From assembly GCA_964385055.1 (NCBI GenBank), contig CAYLMH010000006.1, positions 1 through 61,059 of the forward strand: 61,059 nt of DNA. The letters are read 5' to 3'. Numbering within the stretch: the stretch's first letter is position 1; each line of letters starts with the position of its first letter. This DNA comes from an uncultured Methanosarcinales archaeon (GTDB lineage Archaea > Nanobdellota > Nanobdellia > Woesearchaeales > DSVV01). Shown here piece after piece: positions 45,688-55,431 of the stretch. The position numbers and the translations under genes were made by a program. The notes under the pieces are model-generated. The model was not told the origin of the DNA. It saw only the letters and a list, made by a program, of their open reading frames with translations, and did not search any database.

Positions 45688-46085
45688 TGATGCGAAGGGA
45701 CGTTGCGCTCATAGTATTGTTTGACAAAGAAAAAAGAATCCTATTACAGTACAGATCAGAAACTGCAAAAAGACTTCCTAATTATTGGGCATTTTTTGGA
45801 GGAGGCATAGAAGCAGGAGAGACTCCAGAAGAGGCAGTAAAAAGAGAAGCAGGAGAAGAGTTAGAATATATTCTAGAAGGTCCAAAACTTGTTTTCATAC
45901 AAGAGTTTCAAGGATCTGATACTCATGGGAGAAAATATGTTTTTGTAGAAGAATATAACTCAAAGAAGCAACTTATTCTTCGAGAAGGAAAAGCAATGGG
46001 ATGGAAAACAGTTGCAGAAACAAAAGAGCTCAAAATAGTGGATCATGATAGAGAAGTGTTAGAGAAAATAAAAGACCTTATCTAA
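45684..46085 (+). CDS. NUDIX hydrolase
   Basis: FFGGGIEAGETPEEAVKREAGEEL. Confidence 0.92.
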   Translation: MMMRRDVALIVLFDKEKRILLQYRSETAKRLPNYWAFFGGGIEAGETPEEAVKREAGEELEYILEGPKLVFIQEFQGSDTHGRKYVFVEEYNSKKQLILREGKAMGWKTVAETKELKIVDHDREVLEKIKDLI

Positions 46086-46131
46086 AGAATATGTCAAAGA
46101 GTATATATAAATAAATACTTCTTCTCAAAGA

Positions 46132-47140
46132 ATGACCTTAGAAAAAATACTCTGCCTAAGCATCGTAGCTGGATGTATGGACTATAATCCAAGTCCCGTA
46201 AAGAGAGAATCAGGAGAACCAACATATACTGAAGAAGAAACACAGCCAGAAATTGAAGAACCCTGCGTCTACAGAGACCATTTTACAATAAATCACGTTC
46301 CTGAAACGTGTATAGATATTCTTGCAGTTGTTGATACATCAGGCTCAATGATGAATGATCCAGAAAATAATGAAATAGAAGGAGTGCAAACGTATCTGAC
46401 AACATTCACACAGAATAGACTGGAATTATATCCAAATCCAACAATGATGGTTATTTCTACAGCAGGTGGAGCGTATACAAACACACCTGTAACAGAAACA
46501 ACAGCAGCAACAGCAACATGGAATCTTGAAGCAGCCGCAGGAACAGTAGAAGCACCACTCGAAGCACTACTGACCTACATAAAAAGTGAACATGCAGCAG
46601 CATGGATGCGAGAGCAATGCGCAATCTCCATGATGATGTTTAGTGATGAAGATGATCAAAGTTATAGTACATTTTCTTTTGACACAGAAGGAGATAACGC
46701 AGCAGTAGACCAATTTATTGAGGATATAGAAAGCGTATACAACCCAGAAACAAAAGAAATGTATTGGACAGCAGCAATAAATCCTTCTACAGAATATCTC
46801 TGCGACCTTATGGTAGAAGCAAATCAGTTAGGATATAGAGCAGAGCAACTTGCGGCATATTATGACGGCAGCAAATGATCTTTGCAGTTCTTATGATGTA
46901 TGGAAAGATCCAGAAGTTCCAACAATTCCTGAACCTGAAGAAATGGGATGGAGATTGACGTATGTTCCAGAACCAGACGCAATAACAGTATACATTGGTG
47001 AGGAATTAGCAACAAGTGCATGCACCTACAGTGATGGAGTAGTTTCCTATCCATATCAAGAAAATCTAGCGAATGGAACAGAGATTACCATTACTTATGA
47101 AATTGACAAAACAATGTATAATAATGAATGCCCACTCTAA
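46132..47140 (+). pseudogene. vWA-domain lipoprotein split by a frameshift (46132-46878 + 46850-47140)
   Basis: LSIVAGC lipobox; DILAVVDTSGSM MIDAS, MFSDEDDQS; sequence continues in the adjacent frame as NDLCSSYD...ITITYE. Confidence 0.6.
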
Positions 47141-47185
47141 AAAACACAACCCATTTAAAACCTGAATTCCTCTCCTTCTTTTTTA

Positions 47186-48121
47186 ATGACGAACCTGAAA
47201 ACAACCATTGGAGGAATTCCACTGGAAACCTATTTCTTCAACGCGTCTGGTCCAAAATGCACAACAATCGAACATTTGGAAGCACTAGGCGCGTCAAAAA
47301 GCGCAGTCATTCTCTCAAAATCTTGCACATATGAACCACGAGAAGGAAATCCCGAACCCCGATACAAAGAACTCAATCTCGGCTCAATAAACTCCATGGG
47401 TTTGCCGAATCTCGGCTACATAACATATGGAGAATTCGCTCCAATTCTAAAAAACAAATTCAAGAAGCCATACTTTGTCAGTGTGTCTGGATTAAAGCTA
47501 GAAGACAATATAAAAATCATCAATCACTTCAACACCATTCCAGAAATTGATGCGTATGAATTAAATCTCTCATGCCCAAATATTGTAGGAAAACCACAAG
47601 TATGTTATGATTTCGAACAAACAGAAGTAGTGCTGCGGGAAATCACAAAGATCAGCAAAAAGCCGCTTGGCGTCAAACTATCTCCATATTTTGATTTTGT
47701 GCACTTTGAACAAATGGCAGCAATACTAAATAAGCACAACATCAAATTCGTTGTCTGCATTAATTCCGTCGGTAACGCATTATTTATCGATCCAGAAACA
47801 GAAACAGTCGTGATCAAGCCAAAAGGAGGTTTCGGCGGTCTTGGAGGACAATACATCAAACCAATTGCACTCGCAAATGTGAAAAAATTTAGAGAGCTCC
47901 TCAGAGCAGACATAGACATCATTGGTGTTGGAGGAATTCAAACAGGAATTGACGCGTTTGAATTCTTGTTGGCAGGAGCAAGTGCAGTGCAAATCGGCAC
48001 AACACTGCAAAAAGAAGGTCCAGCATGTTTTGAGCGATTGGATAATGAATTAAGAGTATGTTTAGAGAAGAAAGGATACGCGAGTATTGATGACGCGAAA
48101 GGAAAATTAAAGATTTTGTAA
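47186..48121 (+). CDS. pyrD: Dihydroorotate dehydrogenase, class 1A
   Basis: FNASG, PREGNPEPRY, INSMGLPN, ELNLSCPN, KPKGGFGGLGG. Confidence 0.95.
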   Translation: MTNLKTTIGGIPLETYFFNASGPKCTTIEHLEALGASKSAVILSKSCTYEPREGNPEPRYKELNLGSINSMGLPNLGYITYGEFAPILKNKFKKPYFVSVSGLKLEDNIKIINHFNTIPEIDAYELNLSCPNIVGKPQVCYDFEQTEVVLREITKISKKPLGVKLSPYFDFVHFEQMAAILNKHNIKFVVCINSVGNALFIDPETETVVIKPKGGFGGLGGQYIKPIALANVKKFRELLRADIDIIGVGGIQTGIDAFEFLLAGASAVQIGTTLQKEGPACFERLDNELRVCLEKKGYASIDDAKGKLKIL

Positions 48122-48133
48122 GAAGGTGAAACA

Positions 48134-48784
48134 ATGGTAGGAACAACAGAAGCATACATAGCACAAGTATTGTTAGAAACAGAAGCAGTGATGATAAGAC
48201 CATCACAACCATTTACATACGCATCTGGGTTAAAGAGCCCAATTTATTGTGACAATCGCCGAGTGCTCTCATTTCCAGATAAAAGACAGATAGTTGTACA
48301 CAGATTTCTCGAAACAATTGAAAGAGAAGGAATTACATATGATGTAATTGCAGGTGTTGCAACTGCAGGAATTCCTTGGGGAAGCATAATTGCAGATAAG
48401 CTTGATGCACCATTCATCTATATAAGAGACAAAGCAAAAGGACATGGAAAGGAAAACCAAATAGAAGGAAAATTGGAGCCAGGACAACGTGCATTAGTTA
48501 TTGAAGACCATATTAGTACTGGAGGAAGCAGCATTAAAGCAATTGAAGCAGTACGAAATGCTGGAGGGATTGTAGAATATTGTCTAGCAATCACCACATA
48601 TGAAATGTTAAGTGCGCAAGAAGCATTCGAAGCAGCAAAATGCAAGCTTTACACACAAACACGATTACAAGATTTAGTGAAAGAAGCGATTAGACTTGAG
48701 AGAATGAGCGAGAATCAAAGAGCAATTATTGATGACTGGAAACAAGATCAAGCAGGATGGGCAGCAAGACACGGCTTTGAATAA
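48134..48784 (+). CDS. pyrE: Orotate phosphoribosyltransferase
   Basis: FTYASGLKSPIYCDNR, RDKAKGHG, VIEDHISTGGS. Confidence 0.96.
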   Translation: MVGTTEAYIAQVLLETEAVMIRPSQPFTYASGLKSPIYCDNRRVLSFPDKRQIVVHRFLETIEREGITYDVIAGVATAGIPWGSIIADKLDAPFIYIRDKAKGHGKENQIEGKLEPGQRALVIEDHISTGGSSIKAIEAVRNAGGIVEYCLAITTYEMLSAQEAFEAAKCKLYTQTRLQDLVKEAIRLERMSENQRAIIDDWKQDQAGWAARHGFE

Positions 48785-48795
48785 AAGGTGAAACA

Positions 48796-49674
48796 ATGAC
48801 AATGAACTACCTTGACCAGCTGAAACAGCGTGCAGATGAAACAGGATCCATCATCTGCATGGGCATTGATCCACAACTGGACAAGATAGCAAAAGTGCAG
48901 CCAAATCAAAAATTAGAAGACAAAGATGTGCAAAAAGCAGTAACAGAATTTTATATCAACATTTTACAAGAATGTGAAAGACAAGGAATTTTCCCTGCGG
49001 CAGTAAAACCAAATCTCGCCTATTTTGAAAGAGGAAGAAAGCGATACAGATTATTGGAAGCATTGGATGCAATCAATGCAGAGTGCAGAAGACTAAATAT
49101 TCCCATTATCGGAGACGCGAAACGAGGAGACATCGGCGCGTCAAGTGAAGCGTATGCAGAAGCGCTGTTCCATCCAGAGGAATGGAACTTTAACGCAATT
49201 ACTATTGCGCCATACATGGGAGAAGACTCCATAATGCCTTTTGTAAACTACTGTGACACCGGAAAAGGAGTCTATATTCTTTTGCGAACGTCAAATCCTG
49301 GAAGAAAAGATATCCAAGATATCAATGGCACATACAGACATGTCGCAGAACTCATAGGGAAGCCATGGTACAAAAAAGGCATAGGCGCAGTGTTTGGCGG
49401 TACAGGCGGCACAGAAGAATTAGAAGAAGTAAGTAGATTTTATGTGAGTTGCGGAGTAGAAATTCCTTTCCTTATTCCAGGAATCGGAAAACAGGGAGGA
49501 AGCTTAGAAGAAGTTGTTGCTGCGTTAAGAAGAAGCGGTACAGATCTAAGAATTCACCGAATAAATGCGTCCTCAGACATTAATTGGGCATACGAAAAAG
49601 AGGGAAACCCTAACGACTACGCAGGAGCAGCTGTCCGTGCATTACAGAGAATGAATGAGAAAGTCCAACTGTAA
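48796..49674 (+). CDS. pyrF: Orotidine-5'-phosphate decarboxylase (type 2)
   Basis: MGIDP, KPNLAYFE, DAKRGDIG, TSNPG, LIPGIGKQGG. Confidence 0.95.
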   Translation: MTMNYLDQLKQRADETGSIICMGIDPQLDKIAKVQPNQKLEDKDVQKAVTEFYINILQECERQGIFPAAVKPNLAYFERGRKRYRLLEALDAINAECRRLNIPIIGDAKRGDIGASSEAYAEALFHPEEWNFNAITIAPYMGEDSIMPFVNYCDTGKGVYILLRTSNPGRKDIQDINGTYRHVAELIGKPWYKKGIGAVFGGTGGTEELEEVSRFYVSCGVEIPFLIPGIGKQGGSLEEVVAALRRSGTDLRIHRINASSDINWAYEKEGNPNDYAGAAVRALQRMNEKVQL

Positions 49675-49746
49675 ACACACTTTTGATTTTTTTTCTCTTT
49701 TTCAAAACATTAATATAGAATCCTTCTAAAAAACAGCAGAACCGCA

Positions 49747-50277
49747 ATGAAAATAAGAACAAAAAACCTAGAACTTGTTCCCGTCCATCCAAAATACGTG
49801 AATGCAGTGTACAAGATCATTAAAGAAGAAAATAAAGAACTCTCGAGTTGGACAACAATTCCATTTCCCATAACAAAAAAGAAGATAAGAGAATATTATC
49901 AAGAAGGAAAGAGAAATGATGATAGTATTTTCATCATAAAAAACAAAACAGGAGAGGTTATGGGATCCATTAATTTTCTGTACAGAAAAAGAAGTAATAG
50001 CGGAGCAATAGGATATTGGCTAGGGAGAGACTATCGAAATAAAGGATATATGACTGAAGCAGTAAAAAAGATGATGGAGTATGGCTTCAGAAGAAAGGGC
50101 GTCGTGCGCATAGACATAACTGCATTAGAGCAAAACATCCCATCGCAAACAGTAATTAAAAAATGCGGATTTATCTACGAAGGAACACAACGAATGGCAG
50201 CGTTAAATGGCCTCAACCAATACGGAAATCTGAGGATGTACAGTATTCTCAAAAACGAATTTGAAAAAAAAGAATAG
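49747..50277 (+). CDS. GNAT N-acetyltransferase (RimJ/RimL-like)
   Basis: AIGYWLGRDYRNKGYMTEA, NIPSQTVIKKCGFIYEG. Confidence 0.92.
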   Translation: MKIRTKNLELVPVHPKYVNAVYKIIKEENKELSSWTTIPFPITKKKIREYYQEGKRNDDSIFIIKNKTGEVMGSINFLYRKRSNSGAIGYWLGRDYRNKGYMTEAVKKMMEYGFRRKGVVRIDITALEQNIPSQTVIKKCGFIYEGTQRMAALNGLNQYGNLRMYSILKNEFEKKE

Positions 50278-50330
50278 GATAGAAAAGAGGAAAGAATAGC
50301 TTTATAATTCCTAAAAAAACACCAAAAAAG

Positions 50331-51713
50331 ATGGTAAATAATATTGTCATTGAAGGGCAAATAGTAGGACATGACAACGTATTCTCTGGACAAATTGCAA
50401 TTGATCAAGAAACAGGACTTATTACAAGAGTAGAGAAAGGCGCAGGACTCTTCAAAAAAAGATCAATCGGAAATCCTAACTATATATTTCCCGAAAGCGT
50501 TCTTATATTTCCTGGATTTGGAGACATCCATATTCACGCGCGAGAAGATGAAACAGGAAAGCAATGCTACAAAGAAGACTACGCAACTGTCAACGCAGCA
50601 GCACTTCATGGAGGTGTCGTTCATACAAGTGACATGCCAAACACCCCTGCGCCACTGATCACTTCTCCGCAATTTCGCTGGCATCAGCACCGCTGCAATG
50701 GGTACGAAGTCACCATGTTCCATTATGTAGGAATTGGTCCAGAGACAAGACCATTAGAAGAAGAAGCCGCGTACAAAGTGTTTACAGGCCCATCTGTGGG
50801 AACGCTTTTTTTTAGAAACAAAGAAGAATTAAGAAATAGACTCCAATATTATAGAAGAAAAAGAGTCAGCGTTCATGTAGAAGATTTTGATATTCTAGAA
50901 GCAAACAAAACACAACCAACACACGCAGCAAGAAGACCAGTAGAGTGCGTAGAAAAAGCACTAGAATATGTTCTACAAATTATCGAAGAGTATGAGCTTG
51001 ACGCAAAACTCTGTCATTGGCCTGTTGGTGGAAAAAGTTTTGACATGATTGCAAAACATCGAGCAAGAGGATACAACACTTCGTTAGAAGTTTCTCCACT
51101 TCATCTCTTCTATGACGCAGATATGCTGAAAGAAAAACCAGAACTCTGGCCGTATGTACAAATGAACCCCGCATTGCAAGGAAGAGAACACAGACTTGCG
51201 TTGATTGAGGCACTCAAAAGTGGATTCATACAGTATCTTGCGACAGATCACGCGCCACACACATTAGAAGAAAAGTTTAAGCAGTTCAAAACAGAAGAGC
51301 AAGAACAATTGGGAATGACTCCTGAACAATATTACAAGCATCTGAAAGAGACTAATGTAGAACGATGTAGAGAACTTGCATGTAAAGACAGTACATCAGG
51401 AACACCGCAATTAGACACTTATGGTCTTATCGCTACATGGCTCATGAAAGAGCATGGATTTATGCCACAAGACATTGCGCGAGTTTGCGCAGAAAATCCA
51501 GGTAATTTTGTCAACCAACTGCATGTAGGACCAGGGAAGTTTGGAAGAATAGAAGTAGGATATTATGGATCACTGACGCTTCTCGATACAACAAAACCAA
51601 CAACAGTGCGACGAGAAGACCTAAAAACAAAAGCAGGATGGTCTCCATTTGAAGGAGTGACCTTCCCCGGCAGTGTTGCTGGAACATTCATAAAGGGCAT
51701 TCGGTATAACTGA
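50331..51713 (+). CDS. pyrC: Dihydroorotase (amidohydrolase family)
   Basis: DIHIHARE, DMPNT, HVED, MNPALQ, ATDHAPH, KAGWSPFEG. Confidence 0.9.
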   Translation: MVNNIVIEGQIVGHDNVFSGQIAIDQETGLITRVEKGAGLFKKRSIGNPNYIFPESVLIFPGFGDIHIHAREDETGKQCYKEDYATVNAAALHGGVVHTSDMPNTPAPLITSPQFRWHQHRCNGYEVTMFHYVGIGPETRPLEEEAAYKVFTGPSVGTLFFRNKEELRNRLQYYRRKRVSVHVEDFDILEANKTQPTHAARRPVECVEKALEYVLQIIEEYELDAKLCHWPVGGKSFDMIAKHRARGYNTSLEVSPLHLFYDADMLKEKPELWPYVQMNPALQGREHRLALIEALKSGFIQYLATDHAPHTLEEKFKQFKTEEQEQLGMTPEQYYKHLKETNVERCRELACKDSTSGTPQLDTYGLIATWLMKEHGFMPQDIARVCAENPGNFVNQLHVGPGKFGRIEVGYYGSLTLLDTTKPTTVRREDLKTKAGWSPFEGVTFPGSVAGTFIKGIRYN

Positions 51714-51841
51714 AAGATTTTCGGAAAAAAACAATTTTGCCGAAAAAATTCCCAGAAATTCTAGGTTTTTTTCGGATAGTCCGAAAGATATTCGGAAAAA
51801 CAGAAGATAGAGATTTATTAACTAAAGTTCTAAGAAAAGCA

Positions 51842-53044
51842 ATGGAACTTTTCATAGAACTTATCATTGCAATAACAGCAGGAATTATCTGTGGCATTGG
51901 AACAGGTCTTGCTCCAGGAATCCACGTCAATCTAGTCGTCACGCTTCTCGTTACCATAGCAGCAACACTTCTACAATACGCAGAACCAATAACGCTCTGC
52001 GTTTTCATTGTCGCACTCTCTGTCACCCATATATTTTTAGAAATTCTCCCAAGCATTTTCTTAGGTTGTCCAAATCCAGAAACAGCATTAAGCGTACTTC
52101 CAGGGCATCGCTATCTTATTGCAGGAAACGGATTAATGGCAGTAAAACTCAGTATTATCGGCTGTTTCTTTGGGATCATAGGAGGAGTGCTCTGTATGTA
52201 TCCCTTAATCTACATTCTTCCAAAAATATACAACCTCATCAAAGAATACATGGCATTTTTACTGATACTCATTATCATTGCAATGCTCCTGCAAAATAAA
52301 AAAAGAATATGGGCAGCAGTTGTTTTTCTTCTTGCAGGAATAACAGGACTTTTGGTTTTTGCATTGCCAATAAAAGATCCGCTGTTTCCGCTGCTCAGCG
52401 GCCTTTTTGGAATCGCGACATTGATTATGAGTTTGTTTGAAAAAGAAAATATTCCCAAGCAATATGACACAGAAATGATTGACGTAGACAAAAGAGCAGC
52501 AGGGAAAGCAATCGTTGCAGGGCAGCTCAGCGCAGCATTTATTTCGTTGTTTCCTGGGTTAAGCCCAAACATCGGTGCGTTGTTTGGCATGCAGTTCGCA
52601 AAAAATATAGGAGATCATGGATATATGATTCTGCAAGGATGTATCAACGCAACAGGCTTCTTAATGAGTATTATTACCCTCTACACAATCCAAAAAGCGA
52701 GAAATGGCGCGATTGTGGGAATAGAAGAACTTCTTGGCACAATAGGAATAAGAGAAGTGCTTCTATTCACCGCAGCGATTCTCATTACTGCAGCAATCGC
52801 AGCAATGATCACGCTCAAAACAGGAAAGATGTTTTGCAAAATAGTGACGAGAATAAACTACAAAATCTTGACAGGAATAATTATCACAGTGATCATTCTT
52901 TTAACAATCATCCTTTCAGGCTGGCTTGGATTACTTGTACTCCTCACGACAACAGCGATAGGAATTATTCCAGGGATTGTGAAAGTGACAAGAACGCAGG
53001 CAATGGGGTGTTTGTTGGTGCCGACATTGGGGTATTACTTATGA
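51842..53044 (+). CDS. Tripartite tricarboxylate transporter TctA-family permease (archaeal DUF112-like)
   Basis: GLAPGIHVN, EILPSIFLGCP..ETALSVLPGHR, FPGLSP; start moved to MELFIE. Confidence 0.9.
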   Translation: MELFIELIIAITAGIICGIGTGLAPGIHVNLVVTLLVTIAATLLQYAEPITLCVFIVALSVTHIFLEILPSIFLGCPNPETALSVLPGHRYLIAGNGLMAVKLSIIGCFFGIIGGVLCMYPLIYILPKIYNLIKEYMAFLLILIIIAMLLQNKKRIWAAVVFLLAGITGLLVFALPIKDPLFPLLSGLFGIATLIMSLFEKENIPKQYDTEMIDVDKRAAGKAIVAGQLSAAFISLFPGLSPNIGALFGMQFAKNIGDHGYMILQGCINATGFLMSIITLYTIQKARNGAIVGIEELLGTIGIREVLLFTAAILITAAIAAMITLKTGKMFCKIVTRINYKILTGIIITVIILLTIILSGWLGLLVLLTTTAIGIIPGIVKVTRTQAMGCLLVPTLGYYL

Positions 53045-53481
53045 GAGGATGGATAAGACCGAAAAGAGCAAGAATAGTAGTAGATGCAAACATTATAATC
53101 GCAGCACTCTTCGGATCAAGAGCAACACTAATAATTCTAACAGCACAAAACTACTCTTTTTATGCACCGCAATATATTATAAAAGAGATAAGAAAACATG
53201 AAGAAGATATTTGTAAAGAAGCAAAAAAGATGCCTGAAGAATTTGAGAATGAAATACGTGCATTGCTAAGATATATTACCATAGTAAATGAAAGTGATTA
53301 CAGCAACTGCATGAACAAAGCAGAAGAGATAATGAAAAAGAGAGATATAAAAGATGCTACGTATATTGCAACTGCGCTCAGAATAAATGCAGATTTTATC
53401 TGGACAAATGATAAAGATTTTAGAGAACAAAAGATAGTAAAAACAAAGAACACAAATGAGTTCATTGAAGACAATAAATAA
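53041..53481 (+). CDS. PIN-domain protein (VapC-like)
   Basis: IVVDANIIIAAL, DIKDATYIATAL, IWTNDKDF; true start 53041 overlaps the tctA stop. Confidence 0.9.
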   Translation: MRGWIRPKRARIVVDANIIIAALFGSRATLIILTAQNYSFYAPQYIIKEIRKHEEDICKEAKKMPEEFENEIRALLRYITIVNESDYSNCMNKAEEIMKKRDIKDATYIATALRINADFIWTNDKDFREQKIVKTKNTNEFIEDNK

Positions 53482-53482
53482 G

Positions 53483-53701
53483 TTATTTTCTTCCAGTTAT
53501 CTTTTTTCCAAGCTTTACTGAAATCTCCTCAATTTCTTTTTCAGTAAACGATGATTTCGCAGCAAGTCTTTGAAGGATGAAAAGTGCTTTTAATTTTTCT
53601 CGAGCTGCTTCTTTCATAACAGTACCCCATCTAATTTCAGGATATCGTTGCATTTCATCCCATAAATTGTCTTCAACAGTAACAGTCATATTATGAGCCA
53701 T
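53483..53701 (-). CDS. RHH-type antitoxin-like protein
   Basis: MAHNMTVTVEDNLWDEMQRYPEIRWGTVMKEAAREKL; GAGGTG RBS. Confidence 0.75.
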   Translation of the reverse strand: MAHNMTVTVEDNLWDEMQRYPEIRWGTVMKEAAREKLKALFILQRLAAKSSFTEKEIEEISVKLGKKITGRK

Positions 53702-53720
53702 AGTCAACACCTCACGTAAT

Positions 53721-53738
53721 CCACGTGTTAACACGTGG
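53721..53738. promoter_or_regulatory. Perfect 18-bp palindrome, candidate operator
   Basis: CCACGTGTTAACACGTGG between a TTTAAATA box (53742-53749, minus) and the RHH gene start. Confidence 0.65.
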
Positions 53739-53825
53739 AAGTATTTAAATCTTTCGAAATTGAAATAGAAAATAAGAATTTAGGAAATAAGAAATCATTT
53801 AAATTGAAATCTATTTCTTAAAAGA

Positions 53826-54239
53826 ATGACAAACAGAGCAGAGAACATAGGTTTAATAGTATTAGGAGCAGTGACACTTCTTGGCGGCGGAAGCATGGCT
53901 AGATATCAAATGTCTGAGATAAGAGAAATTTATCGAGAACATCCTGAAATACAGGAGATAGAAAAATTGGAAACCATTGCACGAAGTAGTACATATCAAT
54001 ATTTGGTTGCACAAGGGAATACTCAAGCATATGCTTCTATTGAAGGAAGATTACAAGAGCTTAATCCTAAACGACCGGAAATAAGAGAAACAAGAGAAGA
54101 AATAGCTTATGAAGAGTTTTGGGGAAAATTAGGTTTAATTATTGCGTTTGCGGGGATAACAGTAAGTTTAGGTAACCTATTAGGGGGTTATTTACACAAC
54201 GCAAGAACCAGAAGAGAGGAAAACAAAGCACTCTTTTAG
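53826..54239 (+). CDS. Hypothetical membrane protein
   Basis: Two TMs flanking a helical loop. Confidence 0.65.
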   Translation: MTNRAENIGLIVLGAVTLLGGGSMARYQMSEIREIYREHPEIQEIEKLETIARSSTYQYLVAQGNTQAYASIEGRLQELNPKRPEIRETREEIAYEEFWGKLGLIIAFAGITVSLGNLLGGYLHNARTRREENKALF

Positions 54240-54255
54240 ATGCTAAAGAAACAAT

Positions 54256-55353
54256 CTATCTCATATGCAGTTCAACAACATCTTTATCATGCAATGTATG
54301 CTTTAATTTCAGAATAGGCTGCGCGTTAAATTTCACAGACGTTCCCCAAATCTTTGCGAAACGAAATTTCTCCACAAAATCTTTGTGCAATTTCTGACAC
54401 ATATCATGAAGCGTCGTTCCTCTGCTCATGATCAAAGGAACATCCATGTCTGCCTTTTTCCCAATTTGTTTACAATACAAACGAATTAAATCAAGTCTGT
54501 CAAAGATCATATCCTTCAGTAATTCGGTATTTATTTTCTGATTCGCGCTAATGCAAATATCTGCTTGAATATTCTTGCGAATAATATCAAGATCATCAGG
54601 GGCAACCATGTCCATTTTGTTCAAAACAACAATCCCTGGAAGATAATGTTTATTGCCTTCAATAACGTCAATCAATTGATCTGGCCCAATAGGAGTTCGA
54701 ATAACAACATCCACATTATTCAAACGCATTTCTTTGAAAATCGCTTCAATAGTCTTATTATCTAAATCTGGACACTGCACTGTCTTACCAATACTCACAC
54801 CGCCTCGTGTTTTTCGAACAATTTTGACATCAGGTTTTCGTTGATTCACGCGAATGTTTGCGTCATATACTTCCTGCTGAAGAACAGCAAGTGCTTCTGG
54901 TCTATTCACGTCAACAACAAAGAGCACGGCGTCTGCGTTTTGCATGACTGCAAGAACTTCTTTTCCACGACCGCGACCCATTGCAGCGCCGCGAACAATT
55001 CCAGGAACGTCAAGAACTTGAATTTTTGCGTGTTTGTGTTCAAGCAACCCTGGAATAACGTCGAGTGTGGTAAACTCGTATGCGCCAACAGGAGAGTTTG
55101 CGTTAGTAATCGCGTTGAGAAGCGTGGATTTTCCTGCAGAAGGAAAGCCAATCATAATAACAGAAGCGTCACCTGTTTTACGAACAGAAAAACCTTGCCC
55201 TTTTGCGCCGCCACTGGAACGAGCGCGCTCTTTTTCTTTAAGCATGGCAAGTTTTGCTTTCACAAGCCCAACGTGTCCTTGTGTTCTTTTGTTATATTTT
55301 GTAGTAGAAAGTTCTTTTTCAAGATCTGCAATTTGCGTCGAATAATCAGCCAT
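54256..55353 (-). CDS. drg: DRG/Rbg-family GTPase (OBG superfamily, TGS domain)
   Basis: YNKRTQGHVGLVKAKLA, GFPSAGKST, YEFTTL, DVPG, NKMD, LHDKDVVELH. Confidence 0.96.
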   Translation of the reverse strand: MADYSTQIADLEKELSTTKYNKRTQGHVGLVKAKLAMLKEKERARSSGGAKGQGFSVRKTGDASVIMIGFPSAGKSTLLNAITNANSPVGAYEFTTLDVIPGLLEHKHAKIQVLDVPGIVRGAAMGRGRGKEVLAVMQNADAVLFVVDVNRPEALAVLQQEVYDANIRVNQRKPDVKIVRKTRGGVSIGKTVQCPDLDNKTIEAIFKEMRLNNVDVVIRTPIGPDQLIDVIEGNKHYLPGIVVLNKMDMVAPDDLDIIRKNIQADICISANQKINTELLKDMIFDRLDLIRLYCKQIGKKADMDVPLIMSRGTTLHDMCQKLHKDFVEKFRFAKIWGTSVKFNAQPILKLKHTLHDKDVVELHMR

Positions 55354-55431
55354 AATAAGACAAAAGGAAGGGTGTTTTATATGGTTTGTGGCAGTCTTTA
55401 TGGGATCTAATGGTGTATCTGAATTTGAACC

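Noticed and set aside
52639-53040. Long N-terminal part of the 280-aa PIN ORF
   Set aside because: Alternative frame of tctA; the PIN domain starts at 53041.
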